Positions 40,510-50,577 of a DNA stretch of 64,000 nucleotides are shown piece by piece. The notes below the pieces were generated by a model. That model saw only the letters and a list, made by a program, of their open reading frames with translations. It ran no database searches and had not been told where the DNA came from. Made by a program: the position numbers and the translations under genes. Origin of the DNA: Candidatus Binatia bacterium (GTDB taxonomy: Bacteria > Desulfobacterota > Binatia > UBA9968 > CAXXLF01); contig CAXXLF010000002.1 in assembly GCA_963664015.2 (NCBI GenBank), positions 1,728,001 through 1,792,000 of the forward strand, written 5' to 3'. How positions within the stretch are numbered: the stretch's first letter is position 1; each line of letters begins with the position of its first letter.

Positions 40510-41802
40510 TCAACCGTCGCATTCGGATTGGGCCCATTCTTCAAAGCAGTGAACGGTTTGCTCGAGATCGGCCTGGCTGTGGGCCAGTGAAATAAAAGCA
40601 GCCTCAAACGGCGACGGCGGGTAGTAGATTCCGCATGCTATCATGCGATGAAAGAACCTGGCAAATCTCTGTTGATCGCACCGCCGGGCCTCCTCCGCAT
40701 GGGTGACGCTATCAACGCCAAAAAAGAGTGTCAGCATAGACCCGACTCGGTTCACCGTACCGCGGAGTCGCCACCGTTTCAGGACTTGGATCAGGGCCTC
40801 TTCCAAGTATTGTCCCTTGGCCTCTAGATCCTCATACACCCCATCGCTACCCAATACCTTCAGAGTGGCCAGTCCCGCAGCTACTGTAACGGGATTGCCC
40901 GATAGTGTCCCGGCCTGATATACGGGTCCCAGGGGCGCAAGTAGATCCATGATCACTTGCTGCCCTCCAAAGGCACCCACCGGTAACCCGCCTCCCAAGA
41001 CCTTTCCTAGACACGTCAGGTCCGGTGTTACACCGTAAAGTTCCTGGGCTCCCCCTCGGGCGACACGAAAACCCGTGATGACCTCATCGAATATCAGGAC
41101 CGCACCGTGCTTTGCTGTTACCTTACGAACCGCCGCGAGGTAGTCTAGTCTAGGCGGGATAACACCCATATTGCCACAAACGGGCTCGATGATAACCGCC
41201 GCGATGGTCTCTGAATGGGTGCTCATGAGGGATTCCAGTTGCGCCACATCATTATAGGGAATCACCAAAGTATCCTTTGTGAAATTCTCCGGAACGCCTG
41301 GTGTGTCTGGTAAGGCCAGAGTCGCCAGGCCAGAGCCAGCACGTACCAAAAGTGAATCCACATGCCCATGGTAGCAGCCGTCAAATTTAACGATCTTGGA
41401 TCGTCTGGTATAGGCACGGGCAAGTCGAATGGCGCTCATTGTAGCCTCAGTCCCGGAACTGACCAATCGCAGTTTTTCGATCGCTGGAAAATAGTCATGA
41501 ACAAGCTCAGCAAGTTCTACCTCCGCCTCCGTTGGCGCCCCAAACGACATCCCTCCCTCGATCGCCTGCTTTGCCGCCGCCACGACTTGAGCTTGGGCAT
41601 GACCTAATATAAGCGGCCCCCAGGACCCCACATAGTCAATATATCTATGACCTTCCCAATCCAGGATATACGCGCCTTGGCCATGAGCGATTATCTTGGG
41701 GTCTCCGCCGACCATCTTCCACGACCTGACAGGACTGTTAACACCACCGGGTATGCGTGCCTGCGCCCGGGCAAAAATATTTTTCATCGAGTTATTTGCC
41801 AT
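40510..41802 (-). CDS. hemL: glutamate-1-semialdehyde 2,1-aminomutase
   Basis: IPGGVNSPVR, SGTEATMSAIRLAR, FDEVITGFR, LGKVLGGGLP, YQAGTLSGNP. Confidence 0.97.
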   Translation of the reverse strand: MANNSMKNIFARAQARIPGGVNSPVRSWKMVGGDPKIIAHGQGAYILDWEGHRYIDYVGSWGPLILGHAQAQVVAAAKQAIEGGMSFGAPTEAEVELAELVHDYFPAIEKLRLVSSGTEATMSAIRLARAYTRRSKIVKFDGCYHGHVDSLLVRAGSGLATLALPDTPGVPENFTKDTLVIPYNDVAQLESLMSTHSETIAAVIIEPVCGNMGVIPPRLDYLAAVRKVTAKHGAVLIFDEVITGFRVARGGAQELYGVTPDLTCLGKVLGGGLPVGAFGGQQVIMDLLAPLGPVYQAGTLSGNPVTVAAGLATLKVLGSDGVYEDLEAKGQYLEEALIQVLKRWRLRGTVNRVGSMLTLFFGVDSVTHAEEARRCDQQRFARFFHRMIACGIYYPPSPFEAAFISLAHSQADLEQTVHCFEEWAQSECDG

Positions 41803-41829
41803 ATATAGAAATCCTCGTAACACCCCTAA

Positions 41830-42470
41830 GATATTCGGTCAATCTGACACCTAGTTCATTAGACAAATACTCCTATTTTTCCCTTGCAAAGGATAATAAA
41901 AACGATTAATAAATTGCACCCACCACACTTTTTGTAGATGATACTCTTCATACCGTAAAAGAGATAAAAGACCCTTTATGCCGAAGCTATCATAATTGTC
42001 CGATGCCAACTCCCAGAACCTTCTTTTTTATATGCTTTCTACTCACTATAAATGACATCGTAAGAAGCCTATAAGACCTTGTAATGACAGCTAAAAAAGA
42101 ATCTCCGGATATAAGTTATCCACAGCTGTGGATAAAGCTGTTTATAAGCCTCCTATTTTGTTTCTTATAAAACAGTTAGTTATACTACATAGAAGCTGCT
42201 AGAGAGAATCAAAAGAATTACTAGCATTCTGCTGGGGAGAACCTGTGGGGCCTACCTGCACGAGTGTGAATAAGGGACCGCCCGAACGTTATGATGGACA
42301 ATGCGACTTGATACAAGAGTCAATTTCAGAGATAGCTATGAACAGTAAACACCGTGACATATCAATTTGTTCTTGAGGTTATCCCCATAATCCACAGTAC
42401 CTACTACTACTACTGATTTAAATAGATAAGATAAGAGTAATAGGGTTTAACCTCGCCAGTTAGTAAAAGG
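41830..42470. other. chromosomal replication origin (oriC)
   Basis: AT-rich non-coding region; TTATCCACA 42116-42124, TGTGGATAA 42127-42135, TGTGAATAA 42265-42273; tandem boxes TTATCCCCA-TAATCCACA 42379-42396 followed by (TAC)n trios and an AT-rich tract; upstream of dnaN. Confidence 0.85.
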
Positions 42471-42480
42471 AGCCATTTGA

Positions 42481-43587
42481 ATGGAACTCAAGGCAAAACG
42501 ACTAGAGTTTTTGGAAGCCCTGCATTGGACCCAGAGTACGGTAGAACGAAGAACTACCATGCCGATTCTTGCCAATGTATTAATTGAATTCCGCCAAGGG
42601 GATACTCGAGTCACAGCAACGGATCTGGAAATAGGGGTCAGGGCCAAACTCGAAGCGGAAGTGGTTGAAGAGGGAGCTATAACCCTGAATGCAAAGAAGC
42701 TATATGAGATTGTCCGAGAGTCTTCGGGAGATATCATTAACCTGAAACGCTTGGAAAATGATTGGGTGGAAATCAAGAGCGGGAAGTCCGTATTCAAGAT
42801 GGTGGGGTTGGACCCGAAAGACTATCCGACGTTCCCCGAGTTTAACGCGGATACTCTTTTTCCTATCCCGGCCAAGGTTATGAAGGAGATGATCGATAAA
42901 ACGATTTTCTCTGTCTCTACGGATGAGACACGGTCTAATCTTAACGGGGCATTTTTGGAGGCGGGGGAAGGGGGAAATGTGCGAATGGTGGCTACCGATG
43001 GTCATCGATTGGCAATGGTGGAAAGGCAGGTTGGGGCTTTGGGAATTACTAAGGGGGTGATTCTTCCAAGAAAAGGGTTGGCTGAATTGCGTAAATTATT
43101 AGAGGAGGCGGATGAAGGGGTGGCTCAACTGGGATTCAAAGAGAGTATGGCTCTGGTCGTCAAAGGAAAAGTGGAACTCTTTATGCGATTGGCCGAGGCT
43201 GATTTTCCAGATTATAGTAAGGTCATACCAAAGGGCAATCCGTACAACGTGAAGATTGAGCAGCATGGGTTTTTACAGGCTTTGCGACGTGTGTCCATAC
43301 TGTCGAGCGAGCGGTATAAGGGGATAAAAATTGACCTTAAACCGACGGCTATGGCGATATCTGTGAATAACCCGGATTTGGGTGAGGCCGTTGAAGAACT
43401 TGATGTCGAGTATGAAGGAAAGGCCATCTCCGTCGGGTTTAACGCTCGTTACCTGATCGATGTACTTAGTGTCTTGAAAGATGACAGTGAGGTTGACATC
43501 GAACTGAAGGACGAACTGAGTCCCGGTCTGTTTAGGCAGGGTGGGGATGAGGGCTACATGTATGTGGTGATGCCGATGAAGCTCTAG
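42481..43587 (+). CDS. dnaN: DNA polymerase III beta sliding clamp
   Basis: MPILANV, ATDLE, ATDGHRL, FPDY, GFNARY, VVMPMKL. Confidence 0.97.
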   Translation: MELKAKRLEFLEALHWTQSTVERRTTMPILANVLIEFRQGDTRVTATDLEIGVRAKLEAEVVEEGAITLNAKKLYEIVRESSGDIINLKRLENDWVEIKSGKSVFKMVGLDPKDYPTFPEFNADTLFPIPAKVMKEMIDKTIFSVSTDETRSNLNGAFLEAGEGGNVRMVATDGHRLAMVERQVGALGITKGVILPRKGLAELRKLLEEADEGVAQLGFKESMALVVKGKVELFMRLAEADFPDYSKVIPKGNPYNVKIEQHGFLQALRRVSILSSERYKGIKIDLKPTAMAISVNNPDLGEAVEELDVEYEGKAISVGFNARYLIDVLSVLKDDSEVDIELKDELSPGLFRQGGDEGYMYVVMPMKL

Positions 43588-43649
43588 GGGAGAGAGGTTT
43601 GCTAAGAAACGTTAATTAAAGTAGGAGAGACCCGGTGGAGGACGTTCCC

Positions 43650-44156
43650 ATGGCGGTGCATGAGCATAAGGAAAAGGCCCCTAATACACTTGGTCTATTT
43701 GTTATTACCATTAGTGATAGTCGTACCGAGTCAACGGACCACAGCGGTCAATTAATCAAACAGCATTTAATGTCGCTTCAGCGCCGATTTGTTGACTATC
43801 GTATTGTGCGCGATGAACCGGAGGAAATTGAGTCCTTGATTCGTGGGGCGCTGGTACGGAGGGACTTGGATGTCATTCTCCTTAATGGTGGTACGGGTAT
43901 CTCACCACGAGACGGGACATATGAGGTAGTTAATCGGATCCTGGAAAAACGCTTGGAGGGATTTGGTGAAATCTTTCGCTATCTGAGTTTTCAGGAGATC
44001 GGTTCGGCCGCCATTATGAGCCGTGCAGTGGCAGGCGTAGCGCAAGGGAAAGTGATCATATCGCTTCCTGGATCGCCGGGGGCTGTCGATTTGGCGATGC
44101 GTCAGCTAGTTCTACCAGAGCTTGGGCATTTGGTTAGCCAGGTAAAGGGACAATGA
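43650..44156 (+). CDS. moaB: molybdenum cofactor biosynthesis protein B / MogA family
   Basis: TISDSR, GGTGISPRD, SRAVAG, LPGSP. Confidence 0.88.
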   Translation: MAVHEHKEKAPNTLGLFVITISDSRTESTDHSGQLIKQHLMSLQRRFVDYRIVRDEPEEIESLIRGALVRRDLDVILLNGGTGISPRDGTYEVVNRILEKRLEGFGEIFRYLSFQEIGSAAIMSRAVAGVAQGKVIISLPGSPGAVDLAMRQLVLPELGHLVSQVKGQ

Positions 44157-44398
44157 AAGTGACGGTGAAATTGTTTGCTGCCCTGAGGCAGCAAGTAGGA
44201 AGTGGGGAGCTTTCTAAGGAAATCGAGGAAGGGAGCACGGTAGAGCAACTTTGGGATTTTCTCCGCGAAGAATCTCCACAGCTTCCGGACATGAAAGGGA
44301 GCTTGCTTTATGCCGTCAACAGAAACTATGTGACCAGAGATCACGTCCTTCAAGATCAGGACGAGGTGGTTTTTGTTCCGCCGGTGAGCGGGGGCTAA
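44153..44398 (+). CDS. moaD: molybdopterin synthase sulfur carrier
   Basis: Ubiquitin-like; C-terminal PPVSGG. Confidence 0.93.
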   Translation: MKVTVKLFAALRQQVGSGELSKEIEEGSTVEQLWDFLREESPQLPDMKGSLLYAVNRNYVTRDHVLQDQDEVVFVPPVSGG

Positions 44399-44401
44399 CG
44401 G

Positions 44402-44842
44402 GTGTTTAGAGTTACTTCCGAAGCGTTGAATCTACAGGAGTTGATTACTTTCGTGGGCGGCCCTGAAGCGGGAGCTATCGCTACCTTTATCGGCACGGCC
44501 CGTAATTATAACGAAGGCAGAAACGTTACGTTGCTAGAATACGAGGCCTACCCGGAAATGGCGGAACAGGAGTTGCGTCGGTTGGGGCAAGAGGCGATGG
44601 GACAATGGGATCTATGCCGCATGGCGATTGTCCACCGTGTAGGGCCGGTGCATATAGGAGAGGCCAGTGTGGTGATTGCAGTCTCCTCTGGACATCGGCA
44701 GGATGCGTTCGCAGCTTGTCGGTTCGCCATTGAAGAGATCAAGAAAAGAGTACCGATCTGGAAGAAAGAAGTATTTGAAGGGGGTGAGGTATGGATTGGC
44801 ACACAAAGTGGCCAAGCCTTCTCCCCACCATCACGAAAATAG
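44402..44842 (+). CDS. moaE: molybdopterin synthase catalytic subunit
   Basis: LEYEAYPEMA, HRVG, HR, PIWKKE. Confidence 0.94.
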   Translation: MFRVTSEALNLQELITFVGGPEAGAIATFIGTARNYNEGRNVTLLEYEAYPEMAEQELRRLGQEAMGQWDLCRMAIVHRVGPVHIGEASVVIAVSSGHRQDAFAACRFAIEEIKKRVPIWKKEVFEGGEVWIGTQSGQAFSPPSRK

Positions 44843-44866
44843 CCAGGTCAGGTTAACGAACTGTAG

Positions 44867-45529
44867 TTAGGTTGACCCTCCTCCCTTAAGAACTTTTTTC
44901 CTTACCCTCCCACGAAGCCACACGATAGCGCCGATCAACAGGAGAATAATACACATTGAGATCAGGGTCTCGGTACGGTCAATTCCATGGGCGAGACGGT
45001 GGTACGTGTCACCCAGTCCCCATCCCAGGTACCCTAGGAGGAGGCAACGGGGGATGCTACCGTATAAGGTCCACAGGGTAAAAGTCACTGGTGGGAGCCG
45101 GACAAAGCCCGCGGCGGCGGAAATCAATGACAGAGGAAAAATGGGTAATGCACGAAGGAAGAAAATGGTAGCCTTGATATGGCTACCGCGCAGCCGTTGC
45201 TGAAAGGCGTCGACATCGCTCCAATCGAGACCTAGGAATCCCTTCCAGCGCTCGACCAGCGGCTTCCCGCCCCAGAATCCGATACCATATCCAATGTAGG
45301 CACCCAGCGTTGAGCCTAAGGCTCCAGGGAGCACTATCAGAAGCACGATGGGTATGAAGGCACCGGTGAAATTCAGATCAGGACTGATTAGGATAAAGCC
45401 CGCCCCCATGATCACTAAAGGGGACGGAATAGGAACGATCACCGACTCGATGATCACACCCACGAAAACGCTCCAGCCACCATATGAGCGAATAGATTCC
45501 ATGATCCAATTGAGAATTTCTCCCATCAA
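44867..45529 (-). CDS. DedA family membrane protein
   Basis: ESVIVPIPS, GSTLGAYIGY, RALP, SAAAG. Confidence 0.88.
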   Translation of the reverse strand: MMGEILNWIMESIRSYGGWSVFVGVIIESVIVPIPSPLVIMGAGFILISPDLNFTGAFIPIVLLIVLPGALGSTLGAYIGYGIGFWGGKPLVERWKGFLGLDWSDVDAFQQRLRGSHIKATIFFLRALPIFPLSLISAAAGFVRLPPVTFTLWTLYGSIPRCLLLGYLGWGLGDTYHRLAHGIDRTETLISMCIILLLIGAIVWLRGRVRKKVLKGGGST

Positions 45530-45538
45530 AACCTCCCG

Positions 45539-46978
45539 TTAAAGAACTCCGGTTTGGCTTAAGAGGTAAGCTACAGCCAGTGCCAAGTAGGCCAAACAGG
45601 ATACGGACAAGAAAAATAGACTGACATGACCGGGTCGGGTCTCTGGTGGTAGGTAACGAGGCCGCACGACGTGGTTCAGAAAAATCAACGCCACCGAGAA
45701 GAGTACCGTACCGAGCAAGCCGATCACAACAGATAAGAGAATAAGCGGACCGGGTGCGTCCAAAAGGATGGTGACAGCGGTCACGACAGTGAGAAGGAGC
45801 ACGAAGAGGAGGTACCAAGAACGTGCGGGAATCACTCGTGCCGCGGGAAAAAACCCGTAGACAAAGTCTGTATGGATTCGGCTCACCCCATTTACTGTAG
45901 CTAGCCAGGTATCCGATAGAAAGACTGCAGCCACGACCAGGAAGAGCATACGTCTCCATGCGCCCCAGCTGACCTCCAAAAAACGGCTCTGCACAACGGC
46001 CAACTCGTAATGCTCGGGGATCAATCCCGTGGGGCAGAGCAGGGCGTAGGCGAGGAGACAGGTTAGCAGAGTCGTGAGAATATTACCACCCACACCAATA
46101 TCGATGTCGCAGAGTAAGAATCTTTGCCAGTGGGGAAACTGGCGCAGCGAGGGATCAGGCTGGGGCATGAAACCGGATGTGGGTATGGCCTCCGGCTTGC
46201 CGGAAACAGGACCCGTAATGCGCCCAATATAGTGGGCCATTCCGATGCCCTTGTCTCGGATCCAGTAGGAGTACAGAAGGGTCCAGAACCCACCCCATCC
46301 GGCGAACGTGATGGCGGTTAACAGTTTGGTGGCATCATCGGGATCCCACGGTCGTGGCATGGGCAAATGGGGAACAAACAAACCGCTCAGGAACGATGGA
46401 AGAGCGGCCCGGGCGTCGGGATGAGAGCTGGCCCAAAACAAGCCGAACAGGGTAACTAGGGCCACTCCCCACATGAAGGTTTCGGCCAGGCAGTAAACAA
46501 CCCGGCTGAGAAGGATAGCGGTTAAAAACACGAACATCGAGCAATAGGCCCAGAAAAGGGTCTACGCTCGTTAGCTCCAGCCGGCTGGAAAATCGGTCAA
46601 CGCTGCAAGGGAGGTGCCGCCAGCGGCCGCAAAGGCTCCGAACCAAAGAAAAGATACTGTGATGAGTATCCAAAGAATCAACGCGAAAAACCGATTGAGT
46701 CGAATAAAACCCTGGCAGACGCTTTCCCCCGTGAGCATGGTGTAGCGGCCGATCTCGTAGATAATCGGGAATTGGAGTAAACAGGCCGGTAGAAGGAGAA
46801 AGAGAAAAGTGAGCCCATACTTAGCAACGATATAGGGCCACCAGGTAAGTTCCCCGCTACCCTGGGCCAGGGCCATGAATATGATGCCCGGTCCAAGGGC
46901 AGTGAATAGTCCGGGCCATACAGGAAACGAGGCCTTCCTGTATTGCGGGAAAGTCCCCTAGGGTGTGCGGGTCGCCAT
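45539..46978 (-). pseudogene. Nramp-like (APC superfamily) transporter with three in-frame stops
   Basis: LGPGIIFMALAQGSGEL..., single frame broken by TAG 46958-46960, TAA 46571-46573 and TAG 46562-46564. Confidence 0.78.
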
Positions 46979-46982
46979 CGGA

Positions 46983-47717
46983 TCAGGTTTCCTCAATACG
47001 GTGAATGGAATCCGGGGGCAAGGAGCAGAGAAACTGATCAAAGGCCTGTTTTAAATAGCTCTCCTGTTTTGATTCGAGGGTCACCTTGACCCGAAAATGG
47101 GGATTACCGATCACAGGGTAGGAGCCGAGGGAGAGCTCGGGGAAACTGGCTATCAGGTCGTTGAGCTTGGCAGCGAGAACGCCCTCGCCCTCCTTGACAT
47201 AGACGATCTTAAGGAAAAATGGGGTATCGCGGAATCTATCCTTGATGGCATGAAAACGATCCTGGAGGATCTTGGGAATACCGGGGAAGATGTAAACGTT
47301 ACGAAACTTGGTAACGGGGGCAAAGAGCGAGTCTTCAGCGATCAGTTCCGTGCCGTCAGGAACCTCCGCCATTCGAAGGCGGGCGCTGTTAATCTGCTCG
47401 CCATGGCGGTCACGGAGTCGCTGCTCGAGATCCGGGTGGCGGACGACTTGAACCTGAAATCCATGGGCGATACCCTCCATGGTGACATCGTCATGGGTTG
47501 GCCCGACACCGCCAGTGGTGAACACCAGATCCCACTGGCGGGAAAACAAGGTCGCCTCGCGACCGATGAGTTCCACGTCGTCGGGAATGACCGAGATTCT
47601 CTGGACATCTACGCCAAGAGCTCTGAGCTCTTGGCAGAGAAAATGCGAGTTGATATCCTGGGTTTTCCCAGAGAGCATTTCGTTACCGATGATGATGATA
47701 CCAGCCGTCTTGGACAT
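46983..47717 (-). CDS. CinA N-terminal-like molybdopterin-binding domain protein
   Basis: IIGNEMLSG...D.N, TGGVGPTHDDVT, FPGIP, LGSYP. Confidence 0.85.
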   Translation of the reverse strand: MSKTAGIIIIGNEMLSGKTQDINSHFLCQELRALGVDVQRISVIPDDVELIGREATLFSRQWDLVFTTGGVGPTHDDVTMEGIAHGFQVQVVRHPDLEQRLRDRHGEQINSARLRMAEVPDGTELIAEDSLFAPVTKFRNVYIFPGIPKILQDRFHAIKDRFRDTPFFLKIVYVKEGEGVLAAKLNDLIASFPELSLGSYPVIGNPHFRVKVTLESKQESYLKQAFDQFLCSLPPDSIHRIEET

Positions 47718-47810
47718 GGAAACGGTCCCGTCTCCTTGGAGTTCTACACACTATACCAGAAGATTTCCTGAGAGTCAGGCATTGGGGGATGCGGTGTATG
47801 GAGTGGTGGA

Positions 47811-47981
47811 TCAGGTATCGAACTCGCTGCAGCTCTGAAAATAACCGCACTGGACCCTGGGGCAGACCAACCGGCACTTGTGGTTCATGAGCTTTGAGCC
47901 GCACACAGGGCAGAATTCCCACCAGTTCTCAGGGGTCCCAGTCGCAGCAGTGGTTGCCGGGATATCTGGACGCTTTTCCAT
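47811..47981 (-). CDS. 56-aa Cys-rich zinc-finger microprotein (absent from the ORF track)
   Basis: MEKRPDIPATTAATGTPENWWEFCPVCGSKLMNHKCRLVCPRVQCGYFQSCSEFDT. Confidence 0.75.
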   Translation of the reverse strand: MEKRPDIPATTAATGTPENWWEFCPVCGSKLMNHKCRLVCPRVQCGYFQSCSEFDT

Positions 47982-48099
47982 GGGGGCCTTTCCACCCGTA
48001 CTCTTGATAGCTCCGTGAGTTGGTTCGGGATGAGAGTTATTGATTTCCTACCGGGAGCTTACGGCCAAAGTCAACGACCTAAGTCTATGAAACATGGGT

Positions 48100-48678
48100 C
48101 TACTTGCGAATACGCACCAGGGTTCCAAGGGGTACACGGCGAAAGAGCTCATCGACATCCCGGTTGGTTAACGCAACACACCCGTTGGTCCAATCCATAT
48201 CACCGATTAGCCTGAGTTTAAAGTTTTCATTATCGCCGATACCGTGGATACCAAGAAAACCCCCGAGGGAAGTGTTCCAAGGTGGCTTCATCCCTTTCCT
48301 GCTTGTGTAGAGGATGTCTACCCATTGGGAAGCAGTCAGGCGACCTTCATGGTATGCGCGGTCCGCATCTTTGACATTGGGGTAATCGATGGTGATGAAG
48401 CGGTGAAATTTGCTGTTGGCGTTCTTCTCGATCACCCGGTAGTTGCCTTCCGGGGTACGATTATCACCACGTTTTATTTTATCCCCCTTGGGGGAACTGC
48501 CCAGAAAGATCCGATACATCTTGATCGGTTGATTGCCCTTGTATAACCAGAGTTGGTGTGCCTTCTTCAATACGGTCATAGAGAACTCGGCGCGAATGGT
48601 GGGGTTCACCGGTTCTTGTCCACCGACGTCTGTTACCATGATAAAAAATAAGGCTAGCAGTAGTCCTAGAATCCTCAT
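48100..48678 (-). CDS. L,D-transpeptidase (YkuD) family protein
   Basis: GDNRTPEG, YPN, IHG...WTNGC; signal peptide. Confidence 0.88.
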   Translation of the reverse strand: MRILGLLLALFFIMVTDVGGQEPVNPTIRAEFSMTVLKKAHQLWLYKGNQPIKMYRIFLGSSPKGDKIKRGDNRTPEGNYRVIEKNANSKFHRFITIDYPNVKDADRAYHEGRLTASQWVDILYTSRKGMKPPWNTSLGGFLGIHGIGDNENFKLRLIGDMDWTNGCVALTNRDVDELFRRVPLGTLVRIRK

Positions 48679-48785
48679 AACAGGAAATCATTTTACACCG
48701 AGTGGAGGGCCGGTGACAACCCAAAGGGAGCCCATTAGTAAGCCGTTGGACTTCCAGCGGATACCGTAATATATTTCACGAACTT

Positions 48786-49748
48786 ATGTCCAAGATCGTC
48801 GTTCAAATAGAAGGTCTGCGAAAGCGCTTCGGATCCGTGATAGCGCTGGATGACATTTCCTTCGAAGTCATGGAAGGCCAAATCTTCGGCCTCCTGGGCC
48901 CCAACGGCGCGGGAAAGACAACCATAATCAAGATCCTAACAACGCTAGTAGCGCCTGATAGCGGCACCGCCCGTGTCTCCGATGCCGATGTTTTTACGGA
49001 TCCGATCAAGGTTAGAAGCCTCATCGGTTATGTTCCGCAAGAGCTCACCGTGGACCCCTATCTGACCGCCCGGGAGCATTTGCAGTACTATGCGGACCTC
49101 TACCATTTGTCCGCCGGGGTGCGAGACGCTAAAGTGAGCGAACTTTTGCTGCTGCTGGGGTTGGTAGGATCGGAGGACCGGCGGGTCAAAACCTTCTCCG
49201 GCGGCATGAAGAAAAAGCTCGACCTGGCCTGCGGACTGATTCATCAACCACCGGTCCTTTTCCTTGACGAGCCCTCCCTTGGGCTGGACGTCCAGGTACG
49301 GCGCGAGGTCTGGAATTATATTCTTGGGCTGAAGGAACGGGGAACCACGATTCTTTTAAGCACGAACTATATGGACGAGGCCCAACGGCTCTGTGATGAG
49401 CTGGCGATCATTGATCACGGTAAGATTGTCGCTCTTGGAACACCGTCGGGGCTGCAGGGGGAACTCAAGAGAGACGTAGTCGTGGTTGAAATGGATCCGA
49501 CCAAGCACTATCCGGAGGAACGGTTACGTGATCTAGAACAGGCCATGCGAGACCTGCCTATGGTCCGGGAGACCCGGCAGGACGGGCCCCAACTGCGGCT
49601 TTACGTTGACGGCAATGAAACGGCGCTGCCTCAGATCCTCGAGGCTGCCAGATTGTTGGACCTAGCAATCCAGTCTATCGCACAAAGCCGTCCGGGCCTC
49701 GATGAGGTCTTTCTACACCATACGGGTCACTCCTGGAGTGTGAATTAG
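48786..49748 (+). CDS. ABC-2 (DrrA-like) exporter ATPase
   Basis: GPNGAGKTT, FSGGM, FLDEP. Confidence 0.92.
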   Translation: MSKIVVQIEGLRKRFGSVIALDDISFEVMEGQIFGLLGPNGAGKTTIIKILTTLVAPDSGTARVSDADVFTDPIKVRSLIGYVPQELTVDPYLTAREHLQYYADLYHLSAGVRDAKVSELLLLLGLVGSEDRRVKTFSGGMKKKLDLACGLIHQPPVLFLDEPSLGLDVQVRREVWNYILGLKERGTTILLSTNYMDEAQRLCDELAIIDHGKIVALGTPSGLQGELKRDVVVVEMDPTKHYPEERLRDLEQAMRDLPMVRETRQDGPQLRLYVDGNETALPQILEAARLLDLAIQSIAQSRPGLDEVFLHHTGHSWSVN

Positions 49749-49750
49749 CC

Positions 49751-50515
49751 ATGCGTGAGTTCGTTCAAGAGACCAAGGCCCAATTAGTTCGGTGGATCCT
49801 TCACCTAAAGCGTGAACCCTTCGGTATGATTTTTAATCTTGTCAATCCGGTGATTCTCCTAATCTTTATGGGAGGGGCCTTTCAAGGGTTGGCGCAAGCG
49901 TCGATGGGGGAGAGTTACCGAAGCTACATTCTGGCAGGGATCTTGGCTCTGACGGCCTTCGGTAACAGTATGGCGGGGGGTATTGCCCTGCTTTTTGATA
50001 AGGAGAATGGTTTTCTCGTTCGATTGATGAGTGCTCCCATTTCACGGGCCTCGATTCTGGTCAGTCGCTTCCTCGCTGTGAATATCAATACATTGATTCA
50101 GTGCCTGATCATTTTAGCCCTCGGGTTTGTTTTCGGTATTCGCCTGGCGACTGGAGTAGGCGGGTTCTTTGTCCTTCTCTTAATAAGCCTTCTACTCGGG
50201 TTTGGCGTGACCGTGATATCGCTGATCCTTGCCTTTGTGTTGAAGAATCATGGTGATTTTTTTGCTGTCATGGGTATTACCGTACTCCCGCTTACATTTC
50301 TCTCCAGTGCTTTTGTGCCGCTGGACGTTATGGCAGGCTGGATGAGGGCATTGGCATGGGTGAATCCGGTGACCTACGCAGTGGATGGAATGCGGGCACT
50401 GATTCTGTCTGGATGGGATGGTCCTTCTTTGCTGCGTATGCTCCTAGTGCTCGTTTGTTTTGACGTGGCCATGTTCTTTCTAGGGGCAAAAGTATTGAAC
50501 CGACGTTTAGCCTAG
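49751..50515 (+). CDS. ABC-2 exporter permease
   Basis: DKENGFL..L..P, FLSSAFVP, NPVTYAVD. Confidence 0.9.
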   Translation: MREFVQETKAQLVRWILHLKREPFGMIFNLVNPVILLIFMGGAFQGLAQASMGESYRSYILAGILALTAFGNSMAGGIALLFDKENGFLVRLMSAPISRASILVSRFLAVNINTLIQCLIILALGFVFGIRLATGVGGFFVLLLISLLLGFGVTVISLILAFVLKNHGDFFAVMGITVLPLTFLSSAFVPLDVMAGWMRALAWVNPVTYAVDGMRALILSGWDGPSLLRMLLVLVCFDVAMFFLGAKVLNRRLA

Positions 50516-50577
50516 TATCGGGCCCATGCAAATTTGAAAAAACGAAGCGAGAAGTACCGCTGCTGGTGACAGACGGG

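Noticed and set aside
24050-46960. Alternative genetic code or Sec/Pyl readthrough explaining the in-frame stops
   Set aside because: All three stop codons terminate normal core genes here; the interrupting stops are mixed TAA/TAG/TGA and not at catalytic Cys positions
47097-47771. 224-aa plus-strand ORF
   Set aside because: Antisense shadow of the cinA-like gene
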